A stretch of 64,000 nucleotides of DNA from Dehalococcoidia bacterium (GCA_965224345.1 CBDCYU010000003.1:1865748-1929747); one strand, 5' to 3'. Positions 29,488 to 39,152 are shown, counted from the stretch's first letter. Notes: a model not told the origin generated them from the letters alone. Numbers and translations are program-made.

Positions 29488-32400
29488 TGCAGACCTCCCC
29501 CCGCACGATGCTCTCAAGATCGGTACATACCTTCCTGACCACGTGGAGGATGACCTTCAAGAGGAGCCTCTCGCGCTGGCGGCTTCTGTCAACGGTCGTT
29601 ATTGGCGTTCTTCTGGCGGCGTCGGTCCTGTCGGGCGCCGTGATCTACTTCAACGCCCTGAGGGAGGTGGCGCTGGGTCACGCCCTGGAGCGCCGGTCGT
29701 CGTCAGAGCTGGCCATCGTCATACAGACCACGCGGGGGCCTACCACCAGGGTCGAGTACGACACGGCCTCAGCCGTGCTGGGCCGGTCGGTCGACGAGCG
29801 CCTGGGGTGGCTCGTAACGGATAGGGTGCGCATGGGCAAGTCTCCCACGATGTACCTGGAGGAGCCCGGAGCGGGTCCGGACGCCCAGCCGAGTCAGAGC
29901 GACGCCCGGTCGTACTTCGCATTCCTACCCCGGCTGTTCGAACAGGGGCTCGTTACCATCCTGCCCGGAGGCAGCCCCCCGGCGGAGAGCGGAACCTTGT
30001 CGCCGGACGGTGTGACGGTGCTGGAAGCCGTCGTGCCGGAGGAGGAGGCCGCCCTGTTCGGTGTCGGCGTGGGAGACCGCATGGCCGCCGGACCCACTTG
30101 GGAGGACAGCACGGACAGGGTTGAGGTGGTCATCAGCGGGATCTTCCGGGTCAATGATCCGGAGGACGACGTCTGGCGCCTCCAGAGGGATGTCCTCAGC
30201 GCTTCCACGAGGACGATAGAGCGCACGATGCCCTTCTACGTCTCCGAGGCGGCCTTCCTGGAGACTCTGGGCGGGGCCCTCTCCAACATGGAGAGCACCT
30301 ACGCCTGGCTCCTGAGGATCAGTCCCCAGCGGATCACCGCCATCAACTCCAAGAGTGCCCTGGACGACCTGAGGGCGCTGCGGGTGGATTCGGTATCGGC
30401 GCTGCCGAACTATCACCAGGCCACCGCCCTAGACCGCACCCTGGAGGAGTATGACCGGAGGATATTCTTCAGCAGGCTGCCGATGTTCGTAGTGCTCATC
30501 CTGGTAGCCGTGGTCGTCGTCTACTACGTGGCGATGCTGGCTTCGCTGGTCGTGGAGGAGCGCAGGGGGGAGATGGCGCTGCTGCGCAGCCGCGGAGCCA
30601 GCTCCATCCAGATCATCGCGGTGTTTGCGCTGGAGGGAGCAACCATCGCCATCCTTGCCGCGGTCGCCGCCCCGTTCCTGGCGGCCGTGGCCGTCAGCCT
30701 GATGGGCTACACGCCCTCGTTCTCCGAGCTCACGGACGGCTCCAGGCTGCAGGTGGCGCTGACGCCGGTCGCCTTCATACTGAGCGCCCTGGGAGCCGTT
30801 CTCAGCTTCGTCGCGTTGATGGTGCCCGCCGTGCAGGTGTCCCGGGTCGGGGTCACCCGCCATCGCCAGGAGGCGGCTCGGCCCACCCGTCTGCCCGCCT
30901 TCCAGCGCTACTACCTGGACGTTTTCCTGCTGGTGATCAGCATTCTGCTGTTCCGGCAGCTGACGGAGCAGGGCTCCGTGGTTGCGACCAACACCCTGGG
31001 CGAGTCGGTTGCCAACGAAGCCCTCCTGGCGCTGCCGGGCCTGATCCTGGTCGCATCGGCCATGGTCCTCCTCAGGCTCTTCCCGCTGGCCATGGGCCTC
31101 GTGAGCCGCGTGGCCGCGGCGGTGTTCCCCGCCGGGCTGACGATGGGCGCATGGCAGATGGCGCGCAACCCATCACACTACGCCCGGCTGTCGCTGCTGC
31201 TGATCCTGGCGGCCGGCCTGGGCATATTCGCCTCCAGCTTCAAGGCCACCCTGGACACCAACTTCCGGGAACGCGTCCTCTACGCCACCGGCAGCGACGT
31301 CAGGCTGGACGAAGTGTCCCCCGTGCCCGGCGCCGTCTCTTTCGACGCTCAGCCGCAGGAGTACAAGGCGGGACAGGACATGACGGCTGCCTTCCAAGAG
31401 GTGCCGGGGGTCGACCGCGTGAGCTCGGTCCTCCGTACGCGAGGGCTGGACCTGCGTGGAGGCAGTGCGACGGACTTCACGGTCCTGGCCGTAGATGGAG
31501 AGAGCTTCCACGAGGTGGCCTGGTTCCGAGAGGACTTCGCGAACGAGTCCCTGGAGAGCCTTCTCGACAAGCTGTCCCTCGTCGAGTCCCCGCAGGGTCT
31601 GCCGCTCCCGGTAGATGCGGAGCGTCTCAGCCTGCGGCTGCGGCCGGACCGCCTGCTCCCCTCGGTCTCGGTCAACGTCCGGCTGAGGAACGCCCAGGAC
31701 GAGCACTCCAACGTCTCTCTGGGGACGCTGAGCGACAGCGAGTGGACTGTTCTCACGGTGGGCCTGACCCAGGAGGAGCTGGGCTCATTCTCCCTCAGAC
31801 GTCCGCTGACCATGGTATCCCTCTACGTGGAGGAGATAGCGGTGGGCAACTCTCTCGACTCGGGCTCTCTGCTGATCGATGAGATCACCGTTACGACCGG
31901 CGACGGGGCCGTGAGTGCCATCGAGGACTTTGACGATGCCATTGACTGGAGGGTGGTCAGGAATGCGACCGCTGCGGTCCCCGACGCCGTCTACGCATCG
32001 AACGAGGTGCTCGAAGGCGAGTCCGGCTCTCTGCTCTTTTCCTGGTCCAGGGGGGGCTTCCTGGAGCCGCGAGGCATCTACTACGGCTCCGAGCCGGAGG
32101 CCGTGCCTGTGCTGGTGAACCGATCGTTCATCCAGTCCACCGACTACGCGGTGGGAGACGAGCTGGAGGTGGCAGTCGGCGAGGACCTCTTCGGTGGACA
32201 CCAGATGAGGGTTACGCTGGTCGGTGTTGTAGACTACTTCCCCACCATCCTGGACCACGACGAGAGGCTGCTGGTCGCCGACCTGACGGCCGTAAGCCGC
32301 AACGCGAACCTGCTATACCGCGGCTCCGGCACCTTTCCCATGGAGCTCTGGGCCTCGGCGGCGGAAGGCGCCCCGGACCGCGAGGGGCTCGTACAGAGGC

Positions 32401-32915
32401 TGGAGAGCGTCCCCCAGTACCGCAGCCGCTTCTCCAGGGACACCCTGGAGGGGCTCAACATCTCCAGGGTCGATCCCCTGGTGGGAGCAGGCTGGAGCGC
32501 CCTGCTGCTCCTCGCCTTCGTGGCGGTGCTGATCCTGAGCGGCCTAGGATTCCTGGTACACGCCTACGTCTCCTTCAGGAACCGGGAGGTGGAGTTCGCC
32601 TTCGCCAGGACGTTGGGCTTCTCCGTCTGGCAGCAGACGGCGCAGATCTGGCTGGAGCAGGTGGTAATAGTGGCCATTGGCATAGCCCTGGGTACCTGGA
32701 TGGGCGGACGAATCAGCGCCGCAGTCATGCCCTTCCTGGGCCACGACGACTGGGGCGGGCAGGTGCTGCCTCCCTTCGCCATACACACCGACACCGGAGC
32801 ACTGGTTCTCACGTATGCCGCCATGTTCGTTGTGTTCGCCACCATAAGCCTGAGCCTGCTGGTGATGATCCACCGGATCTCGCTGCACCGGGTTCTCAGA
32901 CTGGGAGAGCGGTAA
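29487..32915 (+). CDS. Giant FtsX/MacB-type ABC permease (1142 aa), paralogous architecture
   Basis: GTG overlaps the upstream stop (TAGTG). Same TM-ectodomain-FtsX-TM-ectodomain-FtsX layout, with blocks LRSRGASSIQIIAVFALEGATIA and FQRYYLDVFLLVISILLF as in the first permease. Confidence 0.85.
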   Translation: MQTSPRTMLSRSVHTFLTTWRMTFKRSLSRWRLLSTVVIGVLLAASVLSGAVIYFNALREVALGHALERRSSSELAIVIQTTRGPTTRVEYDTASAVLGRSVDERLGWLVTDRVRMGKSPTMYLEEPGAGPDAQPSQSDARSYFAFLPRLFEQGLVTILPGGSPPAESGTLSPDGVTVLEAVVPEEEAALFGVGVGDRMAAGPTWEDSTDRVEVVISGIFRVNDPEDDVWRLQRDVLSASTRTIERTMPFYVSEAAFLETLGGALSNMESTYAWLLRISPQRITAINSKSALDDLRALRVDSVSALPNYHQATALDRTLEEYDRRIFFSRLPMFVVLILVAVVVVYYVAMLASLVVEERRGEMALLRSRGASSIQIIAVFALEGATIAILAAVAAPFLAAVAVSLMGYTPSFSELTDGSRLQVALTPVAFILSALGAVLSFVALMVPAVQVSRVGVTRHRQEAARPTRLPAFQRYYLDVFLLVISILLFRQLTEQGSVVATNTLGESVANEALLALPGLILVASAMVLLRLFPLAMGLVSRVAAAVFPAGLTMGAWQMARNPSHYARLSLLLILAAGLGIFASSFKATLDTNFRERVLYATGSDVRLDEVSPVPGAVSFDAQPQEYKAGQDMTAAFQEVPGVDRVSSVLRTRGLDLRGGSATDFTVLAVDGESFHEVAWFREDFANESLESLLDKLSLVESPQGLPLPVDAERLSLRLRPDRLLPSVSVNVRLRNAQDEHSNVSLGTLSDSEWTVLTVGLTQEELGSFSLRRPLTMVSLYVEEIAVGNSLDSGSLLIDEITVTTGDGAVSAIEDFDDAIDWRVVRNATAAVPDAVYASNEVLEGESGSLLFSWSRGGFLEPRGIYYGSEPEAVPVLVNRSFIQSTDYAVGDELEVAVGEDLFGGHQMRVTLVGVVDYFPTILDHDERLLVADLTAVSRNANLLYRGSGTFPMELWASAAEGAPDREGLVQRLESVPQYRSRFSRDTLEGLNISRVDPLVGAGWSALLLLAFVAVLILSGLGFLVHAYVSFRNREVEFAFARTLGFSVWQQTAQIWLEQVVIVAIGIALGTWMGGRISAAVMPFLGHDDWGGQVLPPFAIHTDTGALVLTYAAMFVVFATISLSLLVMIHRISLHRVLRLGER

Positions 32916-32937
32916 CACCTTTCAAGGAGAGAGGAAG

Positions 32938-33825
32938 ATGTCGAACGATGATCGGAGTCCCTACGTCGTCTGCGACGACCTGTACAAGATCTACAAGATC
33001 GCCGACCTGGAGGTCGTGGCGCTTCGCGGCTTGGACCTGACTGTGGACAGGGGTGAGGTGGTGGCCGTCGTGGGCGCCAGCGGCAGCGGCAAGACCACCC
33101 TGCTCAACATACTCGCCGGATACGATACGCCGTCAGCCGGCAGCGTGACGGTCGGCGAGAGGGACCTCCTCGACATGTCGGCCAGGGGCGTCGAAGCGTA
33201 CCGCAGGGAGGAGGTCGGCTTCATCTGGCAGCAGACGAGCCGGAACCTGCTCCCATACCTGTCGGTCCTGGAGAACGTGGACCTGCCGATGATGATCACC
33301 AACCTGGGGCCTTCCGAGATGAGAGACAGGAGCGAGAGCTTGGTGGAGATGGTGGGCCTCAGCCACCGGAGCGGGCACACACCGGATATGCTCTCCGGCG
33401 GTGAGCAGCAGCGGGCCGCCATCGCCGTCGCGCTGGCCAACAACCCCTCCATGCTGCTGGCCGACGAGCCGACCGGCGAGCTGGACGATGCGACGGCCGG
33501 CGAGATCCTGGACCTGCTAGGCAAGCTAAACGACGAGTTCGGCACCACCCAGGTCATCGTGACCCACGACCCCGATATCGTCAGCAAGGTCGATAGGGCG
33601 GTCAGAATCAGCGATGGCAAGACCTCCTCCGAGCTGCGGAAAGCGGACGGATTCCGCCGGCGCTCCCAAGGCGGTGAGCCGGGGGCCACGGAGGAGTACG
33701 CCCTGGTTGACGGCTCCGGCAGGATCCAGATACCCGAAGAGTTCCTGAAGCAAGTCGATATCACCGGCAGAGCGAAGATCAGGTTGACCGATGGCAAGGT
33801 CACCATCGTCGCACAGGAGGAGTAG
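32938..33825 (+). CDS. ABC transporter ATP-binding protein (MacB/LolD-type NBD) with C-terminal AbrB/SpoVT-like extension
   Basis: Walker A GASGSGKTT, signature LSGGEQQR, Walker [13 protein letters not shown]-loop THD. The C-terminal about 70 aa end in GRIQIPEEFLKQVDITGRAKIRLTDGKVTIV. Confidence 0.92.
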   Translation: MSNDDRSPYVVCDDLYKIYKIADLEVVALRGLDLTVDRGEVVAVVGASGSGKTTLLNILAGYDTPSAGSVTVGERDLLDMSARGVEAYRREEVGFIWQQTSRNLLPYLSVLENVDLPMMITNLGPSEMRDRSESLVEMVGLSHRSGHTPDMLSGGEQQRAAIAVALANNPSMLLADEPTGELDDATAGEILDLLGKLNDEFGTTQVIVTHDPDIVSKVDRAVRISDGKTSSELRKADGFRRRSQGGEPGATEEYALVDGSGRIQIPEEFLKQVDITGRAKIRLTDGKVTIVAQEE

Positions 33826-33827
33826 CG

Positions 33828-34538
33828 ATGAGCAGCCAGAACGCTATCATCGATGCGCGGGACCTAGGCCGCAGCTTTCAAGTCGGCTCCGATGAGGTGG
33901 TGGCCGTCCACGACGTGAACATGCAGGTGCGACCCGGGCAGTTTGTAGCCGTAGTCGGCAGGTCCGGATCGGGCAAGACGACGCTGCTCAACCTGATGGC
34001 GGGACTGGACAAGCCAACCTCGGGCAGGGTGCTGCTGGAGGGCCAGGACCTCTCCCAGATGAGCTCCGGAGAGCTGACCCAGATACGCAGGCACAAGATA
34101 GGGTTCGTGTTCCAGTCCTTTGGCCTTCTACCGCTGCTGTCGGCCTACGAGAACGTCGAGCTTCCCCTTCGAATCTCAGGTACGAGAAGGAGGGACCGCG
34201 CCCCGCGAGTACAGGAAGTGTTGGAGATGGTGGGCCTCACCCGCAGGGCAAGTCACAGGCCCTACGAGCTGTCCGGCGGCGAGCAGCAGCGGGTAGCCAT
34301 CGCCCGCGCCGTCGTCACTCGTCCCCCGATAGTCCTGGCGGACGAGCCGACGGGAGAGCTGGACTCCGTCAACGCCCGCGCCATCTTCAGGCTATTCGAG
34401 GAGATGGTCCGCACTCAGGGGTTGAGCGTCGTCACCGTCACCCACGACTCGACCCTGCTGGCGATGGCGGATGAGGTAAAGGAGATGCGCGACGGCGGGC
34501 TGCACGAGGCCGGCGTATCCGCCGGGCGCTTCGTGTAG
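33828..34538 (+). CDS. ABC transporter ATP-binding protein (MacB/LolD-type NBD)
   Basis: Walker [33 protein letters not shown]. Confidence 0.95.
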   Translation: MSSQNAIIDARDLGRSFQVGSDEVVAVHDVNMQVRPGQFVAVVGRSGSGKTTLLNLMAGLDKPTSGRVLLEGQDLSQMSSGELTQIRRHKIGFVFQSFGLLPLLSAYENVELPLRISGTRRRDRAPRVQEVLEMVGLTRRASHRPYELSGGEQQRVAIARAVVTRPPIVLADEPTGELDSVNARAIFRLFEEMVRTQGLSVVTVTHDSTLLAMADEVKEMRDGGLHEAGVSAGRFV

Positions 34539-34586
34539 CGTCCCTCCGCGCGTGTCCATCCCAGGCCGCGGCGGCGTAGTGCCCGG

Positions 34587-35369
34587 CTAGTTGTCGGGTG
34601 TGCCGCCCGCGAGGAAGCCGCCGTCCACGGTGATGCATTCGCCGTTGACGTAGTCCCCCAGATCGGAAGACAGGAAGAGTACGGCCCTGGCGATGTCGTG
34701 GGGGAAGCCCCCGCGGCGGGAGGGGATCCACTCCATCGCGCCGCCGAGGTAGGCCGGGCCGGCCCTCAGGTGCTCCTCCTCGGGTGGGAGGCTGCGGCTG
34801 TCGATGTATCCCGGAGCCACACAGTTGAAGGCGATGCCCTGGCCGGCGAGGTCGACCGCCATGCTCTTGGCCATCCGAACGAGCCCAGCCTTGCAGACCC
34901 CGTACACCAGGTCCCCCGGCCAAGAGCGGAAGGCGTGGACGCTGCTGATGCTGACCACGCGCCCTCCCTGGCCCTGTGCCACCATCTCGCGAGCCGCTCT
35001 CTGACTGCATAGGAAGTAGCCCTTCAGCGCGTTGCTCACGAGGTGGTCCCAATCATCTTCGGTGATCTCCAGGAAGGAGTAGTTGGTGCTGGAGACCGCG
35101 TTGTTGACCAGGATGTCGATGCGTCCGTGCTCCGAGAGGAACTCATCGAACATTCTGTTCACCTGACGGCTGTCCGCGATGTCCGCCAGGTGCCAGCTCA
35201 CGGCGCGGCCTTCCGCCCGCACCATCTCCATGGTCTGCTCCGCGTCCCGGTCCCGCTCGATGTCGTTGATGCCGACGTCCGCCCCCTCGCTGGCGAACAG
35301 CTTGGCTATCCCCCGTCCGATTCCCCGGCGTGATCCTGTGATCAGCGCTTTCTTGCCCTTCAGTAGCAT
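34587..35369 (-). CDS. SDR family oxidoreductase (FabG-like)
   Basis: TGSRRGIGRGIA cofactor motif, NNAV, catalytic YGVCK. ATG 35369 follows GGGAGGGAG. Confidence 0.9.
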   Translation of the reverse strand: MLLKGKKALITGSRRGIGRGIAKLFASEGADVGINDIERDRDAEQTMEMVRAEGRAVSWHLADIADSRQVNRMFDEFLSEHGRIDILVNNAVSSTNYSFLEITEDDWDHLVSNALKGYFLCSQRAAREMVAQGQGGRVVSISSVHAFRSWPGDLVYGVCKAGLVRMAKSMAVDLAGQGIAFNCVAPGYIDSRSLPPEEEHLRAGPAYLGGAMEWIPSRRGGFPHDIARAVLFLSSDLGDYVNGECITVDGGFLAGGTPDN

Positions 35370-35607
35370 GGCTCCCTCCCTTCCGCGCCAGTATACCAAT
35401 TCGCCGCGCCGGCGTTGCCATGGCCCGTCTCACTAGGAGTAGGGTTGAAGGACATGCCACACCAACCATGAACAGTTACATACGGGCTTGAAAGGAGGTT
35501 GGCGGGCTGATACTCTTGCAATCCGAAAACACCGTAGTTAGCGGGGCCGTAACCGCCCTGAGACGCCTCCAGCCCTCCGGTTCCTCATCGGAACAGAAAA
35601 GCCAACG

Positions 35608-35958
35608 ATGCACCAATCGCTTATGCAGGCGAAAGCCGCAGCCGAGAGGGCCGTCTACGGGGACTCCGAGGAGGCGCTGCTGACGGTGCTGGCGCTAGAC
35701 TGCGGCGGGCCGCTTGAAGGTGTGACGGTACGTGTCGAGGTGACCACTCCGTCCGGCATCGGGAGGGCGGCCGAGACGGTTACGAGCGCGGACGGTGCGG
35801 CCAGCCTCACCTACATGACCGACGCCGCGCGAGACGGCGAGGGCGTCTACGCTATCGACGCCCTGGCGTCCAGGGACGGCTACGATTCGGTGCTGGCATC
35901 CGCGACCTTCGAGGTGACAGGCGGGACCGCAGAAGCGGGTAGGAGGACCCAGAGATGA
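35608..35958 (+). CDS. Hypothetical protein (possible Ig-like beta-sandwich)
   Basis: High third-position GC. Stop overlaps the acs start (ATGA at 35955-35958). No obvious RBS and no signal peptide. Confidence 0.45.
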   Translation: MHQSLMQAKAAAERAVYGDSEEALLTVLALDCGGPLEGVTVRVEVTTPSGIGRAAETVTSADGAASLTYMTDAARDGEGVYAIDALASRDGYDSVLASATFEVTGGTAEAGRRTQR

Positions 35959-38060
35959 CACAGAGTGACGTCAGCGAAGCGGAGATTGCGTCTCACTGGA
36001 AGGAAGAGGAGAGCATCCATCCCAGCCCGGAGTTCGTCGCCCAGGCCAACCTCACGGATCGGTCCGCCTTCGACAGGTTCGGCCTCGACGGCTTCCCGGA
36101 GTGCTTCCGCGAGTACGCGGACCTTCTCACCTGGGACAAGTACTGGCACACGACCCTGGACTCGTCCAACCCGCCCTTCTGGAAGTGGTGGGTCGGCGGC
36201 AAGCTGAACGCCTCCTACAACTGCGTCGACCGCCACCTGGCGAAGCACAGGAACAAGGCTGCCTTCATCTGGGTGTCGGAGCAGGAGGACGAGAACGACC
36301 AGGTCGTCACCTACCAGGACCTGTACGTGAGGGTCAACGAGTTCGCGTCCCTGCTGAGGGAGTCCGCCGGGGTGAAGGCCGGGGACAGGGTCACATTCCA
36401 CATGCCCATGCTGCCCGAGCTTCCGGTATCGATGCTCGCCTGCGCGAGGCTTGGCGCGGTCCACTCGCAGGTGTTCGGCGGGTTCAGCGGCTCTGCCTGC
36501 GGGGACCGGATCGTCGACTCCGGCAGCCACGTCCTCGTGACCATGGACGCCTACTGGCGCAACGGCCAGCTCCTGGACCACAAGATCAAGGCCGACGAGG
36601 CCGTCGCCCAGGCCGAAGCGGGAGGCGCCAAGGTCGACAAGGTGCTGGTCTGGCGACGGTACCCGGGAGAGTACTCTTCGCCGACCCCCATGGTCCAGGG
36701 CCGAGACTACTTCGTCGACGAGCTGCTGAAGGAGCACCGGGGCAAGAGGGTGGAGCCGGTGTCGATGGATGCCGGGGACCCGCTGTTCCTGATGTACACC
36801 AGCGGCACTACGGCCCAGCCCAAGGGCTGCCAGCACAGCACCGGCGGATACCTGTCCTACGTCACGGGCACCGCGAAGTACTACCAGGACATCCGCCCCG
36901 AGGACGTCTACTGGTGCTTCGCCGACATCGGATGGATCACGGGCCACTCCTACATCGTCTACGGGCCGCTGGCCCTGGCCGCCACCAGCGTGCTGTACGA
37001 GGGCGTTCCCACTTACCCCGATCCCGGTAGGCCGTGGAGAATAGCCGAGCGGCTGGGCGTCAACATCTTCCACACGGCCCCCACGACCATCCGTATGCTG
37101 AGGAAGTCGGGTCCCGACGAGCCCGCGAAGTACAACTACCACTTCAAGCACATGACCACCGTGGGGGAGCCCATCGAGCCGGAGGTGTGGCGCTGGTACT
37201 ACGAGGTCGTGGGCAAGGGAGAGGCGGCCGTCGTCGATACCTACTGGCAGACGGAGACCGGCGGCTTCCTGGGCTCCACGGCGCCCGCCCTCCAGCCGAT
37301 GAAGCCCGGCAGCTGCGGGCCCGGCGTGCTGGGCATCAATCCGGTGATCTTCGACGACGAGGGAAACGAGGTCGAGCGGGGCAGCGGCAAGGCGGGCAAC
37401 ATCTGCATCAGGAACCCGTGGCCCGGCTTCATGCAGACGGTCTGGGGAGACCCCGACCGCTTCGTGGAGACCTACTTCAGCCGGTTCTGCAAGGACCCGG
37501 AGAGTAAGGACTGGCGCGACTGGCCGTACATGACCGGAGACGGCGCGACGGAGGCCGCCGACGGATACTTCCGCATCATCGGCAGGCTGGACGACGTGAT
37601 CAACGTCGCGGGCCACAGGCTGGGCACCAAGGAGCTGGAGTCCGCCGTGCTCACGGTGGAGGCCGTGGGCGAGGCGGCGGCCGTTCCAGCCTACGACGAG
37701 CTCAAGGGCCGCGTACCCGAGATATACCTCTCCCTCAAGCCGGGCTACGACGCCACCGAGGGCGTGGAGGACCAGGCCAAGCAGGCCGTCACCCAGATCA
37801 TTGGCCCGATAGCCAGGCCGTCCCAGGTCTGGGTGACCGAAGACCTCCCCAAGACCCGCTCGGGCAAGATCATGCGCCGCGTTATAGCCTCCATCTCCAA
37901 CTTCATGGACGTCGGCGACACGACGACGTTGGCGAACCCGGAGGTGGTGGAGGACATCCGGATGCAGGTCCAGAGCGCCAAGGTCAGGCAGGGCGTAGTG
38001 CCCAGGGAGATACCCAAGGAGCTGGAGGAGGAGCTCAGGCGCTTCGGCGAGGAGCAGTGA
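35955..38060 (+). CDS. acs: Acetyl-CoA synthetase family (AMP-forming acyl-CoA ligase, long form)
   Basis: WWVGGKLNASYNCVDRHL, YTSGTTAQPKG, WITGHSY, TYWQTETGG, GRLDDVINVAGHRLGT, KTRSGKIMRR. Confidence 0.92.
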   Translation: MTQSDVSEAEIASHWKEEESIHPSPEFVAQANLTDRSAFDRFGLDGFPECFREYADLLTWDKYWHTTLDSSNPPFWKWWVGGKLNASYNCVDRHLAKHRNKAAFIWVSEQEDENDQVVTYQDLYVRVNEFASLLRESAGVKAGDRVTFHMPMLPELPVSMLACARLGAVHSQVFGGFSGSACGDRIVDSGSHVLVTMDAYWRNGQLLDHKIKADEAVAQAEAGGAKVDKVLVWRRYPGEYSSPTPMVQGRDYFVDELLKEHRGKRVEPVSMDAGDPLFLMYTSGTTAQPKGCQHSTGGYLSYVTGTAKYYQDIRPEDVYWCFADIGWITGHSYIVYGPLALAATSVLYEGVPTYPDPGRPWRIAERLGVNIFHTAPTTIRMLRKSGPDEPAKYNYHFKHMTTVGEPIEPEVWRWYYEVVGKGEAAVVDTYWQTETGGFLGSTAPALQPMKPGSCGPGVLGINPVIFDDEGNEVERGSGKAGNICIRNPWPGFMQTVWGDPDRFVETYFSRFCKDPESKDWRDWPYMTGDGATEAADGYFRIIGRLDDVINVAGHRLGTKELESAVLTVEAVGEAAAVPAYDELKGRVPEIYLSLKPGYDATEGVEDQAKQAVTQIIGPIARPSQVWVTEDLPKTRSGKIMRRVIASISNFMDVGDTTTLANPEVVEDIRMQVQSAKVRQGVVPREIPKELEEELRRFGEEQ

Positions 38061-38066
38061 TTAGCG

Positions 38067-38100
38067 CCTCTCCCCCTCGCAGGGGGAGATTGAGAGGGGG
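38067..38100 (+). repeat. 34-bp GC-rich intergenic REP-like element (family 1)
   Basis: CCTCTCCCCCTCGCAGGGGGAGATTGAGAGGGGG, compare 21783-21816. A second short hairpin TCCCCCGTGGGGA lies at 38126-38138. Confidence 0.6.
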
Positions 38101-38160
38101 TCACGACGGCCCCCCTTCCTAACATTCCCCCGTGGGGAGAAGGGACTGCAGAAGATACCC

Positions 38161-39129
38161 ATGAGAGTCGGATTCGGACAGTTCAGGGAGGCCAGCCCGG
38201 AGTACCTGCGGTTCGCGGCGCAGCTCGGAGCGACAGACGTGCTGTTCAACATACCGGTGCTGCCGTCGGCGGGCGGCCGCTGGGAGCTCTATGACCTCGT
38301 CCGGCTGCGGAGGAACGTCGAGCAGCACGACCTCAAGCTGTCGGCCATCGAGAACGTCCCCACGACCTTCTACGACCACATCATGCTGGGCGGGCCAAGG
38401 CGCGACGAGCAGATGGAGAACATGATCTACACGGTGCGCAACATCGCGCGGGCGGGGATACCGATATTCGGGTACAACTGGATGCCCTCGCACACCTGGC
38501 GCACCCCGTCGGCGGTGATCCGCTGCGGCGCGGTGGCGACGGCCTTCGACTACGACCTGGCCAAGCAGCTGCCCAATACCCACGACCGGGAGTACGGCGA
38601 ACAGGAGATGTGGGACAACCTGGAGTACTGGATCAAGACCATCACCCCCATCGCGGAGGAGGAGGGGATCCGGCTCGGCATCCACCCGTGCGACCCGCCC
38701 GTGGAGAAGCTGGGCGGCATCCCGCAGCTGCTGCGGAGCTTCGACTCCTACAAGCGGCTGGTGGAGATATACCCCTCCGACTCCAACGGCATCGAGTTCT
38801 GCCAGGGGACCTTCTCAGAGATGGAAGGCGAGGACATCTACGAGATGATCCGCTACTTCGGGGAGAGGAACAAGATACTGTACGTCCACTTCAGGAACGT
38901 CTCGGGGCAGGTGCCCAGGTTCCACGAGGAGTTCATCAACACCGGCTACGTCGACATGCACAGGGCGATGAGCATCTACCACGAGGTGGGCTTCGACGGC
39001 TTCTTCATCGACGACCACGTCCCCCAGACCTACCAGGACACCCAGTGGGGCCACCGGGGGCGCGCCTTCGCCAACGGCTACATGCAGGCGATGATCGAGG
39101 CGGTGACCAAGCAGGCCCGGGCCTATTAA
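38161..39129 (+). CDS. uxuA: Mannonate dehydratase family protein (xylose-isomerase-like TIM barrel)
   Basis: IENVP, GIPIFGYNWMP, GIEFCQGTFSEM, ILYVHFRNV, FIDDHVP blocks as recalled for UxuA-like enzymes. The exact substrate is not inferable. Confidence 0.75.
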   Translation: MRVGFGQFREASPEYLRFAAQLGATDVLFNIPVLPSAGGRWELYDLVRLRRNVEQHDLKLSAIENVPTTFYDHIMLGGPRRDEQMENMIYTVRNIARAGIPIFGYNWMPSHTWRTPSAVIRCGAVATAFDYDLAKQLPNTHDREYGEQEMWDNLEYWIKTITPIAEEEGIRLGIHPCDPPVEKLGGIPQLLRSFDSYKRLVEIYPSDSNGIEFCQGTFSEMEGEDIYEMIRYFGERNKILYVHFRNVSGQVPRFHEEFINTGYVDMHRAMSIYHEVGFDGFFIDDHVPQTYQDTQWGHRGRAFANGYMQAMIEAVTKQARAY

Positions 39130-39152
39130 GCCGCTGAGTACGGGGTGTGCAG

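Noticed and set aside
35400-35607. About 200-nt untranslated region upstream of the acs-coupled ORF, inspected for a riboswitch, tRNA or ncRNA
   Set aside because: I could identify no cloverleaf and no conserved riboswitch core by eye. A covariance-model scan (Infernal/Rfam) would be needed.
35880-37616. 578-aa minus-strand ORF
   Set aside because: It is antisense to the well-supported acs gene. Its composition is dominated by R/G/A/V/P/L with no motifs, which is the typical high-GC shadow ORF.
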